Assembly (NCBI RefSeq): GCF_006345805.1
Contig: NW_021831713.1
Coordinates: 1 to 38,095 of the forward strand
From: Octopus sinensis
Taxonomy: Eukaryota
Length of the DNA stretch: 38,095 nucleotides
Direction of reading: 5' to 3'
Positions within the stretch are counted from its first letter, which is position 1; every line of letters begins with the position of its first letter. Position numbers and translations under genes: made by a program. Of the stretch, positions 35,483-38,095 are shown piece after piece. The notes beneath the pieces are model-generated. The model was not told the origin of the DNA, did not search any database, and was given only the letters and a program-made list of their open reading frames with translations.

Positions 35483-35559
35483 TGTAGCTCATTCAGCGGT
35501 GGTGCCCCAGCATGGCCGCGGCCTTCGGGCTAAAACATTTTAAGGATTTTAAGGATTTA

Positions 35560-35860
35560 ATATTAATATATATATATGTTATGTATATAGTGTGTGTTAT
35601 ATGTATATATGTATATATATGTGTGTCTGTATTATGTATATATATATATATATTAATATATATATAATATATATTGTATATATATATATATATATATGTG
35701 TGTGTATATGCATATATGTATATATGTATATATATGTGTGTCTGTATATGTATATATGTATATATATATGTGTGTTTGTGTTGTGTATGTATGTATGTAT
35801 GTATGTATGTATGTACGTATGTATGTATATATGCATGAATGTATGTATGTATATATATAT
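35560..35860. repeat. (TA)n/(TATG)n microsatellite at the LINE 3' junction
   Basis: Direct reading. Confidence 0.9.
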
Positions 35861-36329
35861 TCTGTTGAGTAAAAGAAAAATTACAGACGCAGCAAGAATT
35901 GTATTGAGAGAGTCTTTGAAAATGATAAAAGGCTTTGGTGATTTTTTGGTTTCTTCTTCTATCGAAATCCTTTCTTTATTCCAAACCAAACCGAAGTCAA
36001 TTCAAACATCAATGCGCTAATACGTTGGTTGATATCGCAACTTATTTGTTGAATATAAATAAACGGGTACACTACTATGAATTAATGTCAAACAAGTAGA
36101 GAATATAATTTATTAAGAACAAGAAAAAAAATACATCTGCACAAGCTTGTGAATCCGATGTAATTAATGATTGCAGCGAATGCTTAGAAATAAAAACGAA
36201 GCAATGCCTATCGCGAGAATTGTATGCAAGTTTAAATCAACAGAACACTGTGAATGTAAGATGGTGGGTAACATCATTCATTTGGTAATATGTGATGCTG
36301 GTATCTCAGTGTTACATAAGAAGTCTTAA

Positions 36330-36457
36330 ATACATATGCATATAAACACACACACATATGTATACATATGTATATATACACATATATCTGTATATGTATA
36401 CGAATATGTAGACACACATACACATATATTATATACATATATACACATATATATATT

Positions 36458-36520
<63 letters not shown>

Positions 36521-36620
36521 CAATCTCTAGGTATACACTGATATACACAGATATATGTATGTAGATGTGTGTGTATATTCATGGGAGATGTGTATAAAGA
36601 GAGAGAGAGAGAGAGAAGAG
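36330..36620. repeat. (TA)n/(GA)n microsatellites
   Basis: Direct reading. Confidence 0.9.
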
Positions 36621-36873
36621 GATAAGAGAGGTCCATTTGTGTATAGACAATTGGATCTCATGCACACGCGAACATATTTACGCATAGTCACAAAGAATCC
36701 ATATTTTTAAGTATGGTGGTGGATCTCCGTCGTTCGACTACGAGGAATAATTCTTTGGATCAGCTAAATTGCCTGCCCTTGAATTAATGTGAGTCGCTGA
36801 GTATTTCGAAGGCATTATCGTGACAAAGTGAGTGTGACTACATTGTATTCTGTTTGCATTCCAAATGGATGGA

Positions 36874-37253
36874 AGCACTCCCCCGGTTACGACGGCGAGG
36901 GTTCTGGTTGATCCGATCAACGGAACAGCCTACTCGTGAAATTAACGTGTAAGTGGCTGAGCACTCCACAGACACGTGTACCCTTAACGTAGTTCTCGCG
37001 GATATTCAGCGTGACACAGAGAGTGACAAGGCCGGCCCTTTGAAATACAGGTACAACAGAAACAGGAAGTAAGAGTGAGAGAAAGTTGTGGTGAAAGAGT
37101 ACAGCAGGGATCACCACCATCCCTGCCGAATCCTCGTGGAGCTTTTAGGTGTTTTCGCTCAATAAACACTTACAACGCCCGGTCTGGGAATCGAAACCGC
37201 GATCCTACGACCGCGAGTCCGCTACCCTAACCACTGGGCCATTGCGCCTCCAC
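36874..37253 (-). mobile_element. Chimeric SINE: head C + body/tail Y
   Basis: 37058-37253 matches 11682-11878; 36874-37057 matches the family D body at 25950-26136 and 26909-27094. Confidence 0.88.
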
Positions 37254-37885
37254 AGCATTCCAAATGCAACCCATCTGACTGGTTTCTTAACTGTCCACCT
37301 ATTCTCTCTCACAACTGTCGGTCGACTGAAGATAGCAGGAAGTGACATCTGACCAAGACGATACGCAGTGGGATCGATCGCATCACCAAGTTGTTGGGAA
37401 GCGATTTTTTTAACATTCGGCTAAACCGCGCCTATACATACCCACAGACAACTGCACGAGCACACACACATTCTTACTCACAAATACTCCCACACACACA
37501 TTCCATTTAACAAAGGATCTCCGCCGCTATCTATGACGGTTATCCCTGATGTCTGATTAATGAAACTTAATGCCCATTGATTCAGCATTTATATGGTTGA
37601 ATATTCCGCGGACATTCAAACCGTAAATGTGATTCTCAGGCAGACTCAGCGTCACGCTATTTGTGACGAAGGGGATTTTCTTAATTAGGGGTACAGTTGA
37701 ACGGATGGGAACACACGCTGTCAGCATTTAGCCACTTCCACTTACAAGGCTGGTCTTATCCCTGAACAATGACAAAATGCAATGCAACAGAACGGATCAA
37801 AGATCCCATAATTGCAAGATGGATCCCTTAATCATTCGATCGGTACCCTCATCCTTCACATTCGCAGACATTCCCAGGATTTATA

Positions 37886-38015
37886 CCATTTCTACTCTAG
37901 GCACAAAATTTTGGGGAGGAGGTCAGTCGATTAGATAGATCCCAGTACACAACTTGGGGTTATTATCTTTGACCCCGCAAAGATGAAAGGCAAAGTAGGC
38001 CTCGCGGAATTTGAA
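37886..38015 (-). mobile_element. SINE family B terminal unit
   Basis: Minus strand TTCAAATTCCGCGAGGCC...TTTGCCTTTCATC...TAATCGACTG...TGTGCCTAGAGTAGAAA. Confidence 0.75.
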
Positions 38016-38022
38016 TAGAGAG

Positions 38023-38058
<36 letters not shown>

Positions 38059-38095
38059 AATAGATAGATAAGTATAGATAGATAGATAGATAGAT
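38016..38095. repeat. (GA)n/(GATA)n microsatellite
   Basis: Direct reading. Confidence 0.95.

Larger units (their letters stand above)
31819..35558 (+). mobile_element. CR1-group LINE (partial ORF1, APE + RT ORF2, 3' UTR hairpin, TTTTAAGGA tail repeats) inserted in (TA)n
   Basis: APE motifs LNVGG, LTETHL, GDFN, SDHNII; RT motifs YRPVSLTS, QHGFR, YLDFAKAFDKVDH, QGTVLGP, YADDTK; tail TTTTAAGGATTTTAAGGATTT. Confidence 0.95.

Overview
This is a eukaryotic, AT-rich window saturated with microsatellites and mobile elements, and I found no host exon I can support. The repeat content looks like a cephalopod (Octopus-type) genome, which is an inference. It holds several microsatellite-targeting RLE non-LTR retrotransposon fragments (R4/Dong-like), a 3.7 kb CR1-group LINE with a CCCH-finger ORF1, older CR1/L2-group and RTE relics, four non-autonomous Helitrons and at least four modular tRNA-derived SINE families. 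It also holds Penelope-like element (PLE) material: four different minimal type-I hammerhead ribozyme (HHR) motifs, found by manual folding, plus one decayed copy. The standout is a short non-coding element combining a Pol III tRNA-like head, an (AAT)n spacer, a hammerhead and a Penelope-style inverted tail (17594-17959; second copy at 571-735), i.e. a candidate PLE-mobilised ribozyme SINE. Also notable are a PLE GIY-YIG endonuclease with a ~130-aa Asn/Ser-rich in-frame insert between its GIY and YIG strands, and SINE tails that covary with the 3' hairpin of the local CR1 LINE. All family assignments come from motif recognition by eye; no searches were run.
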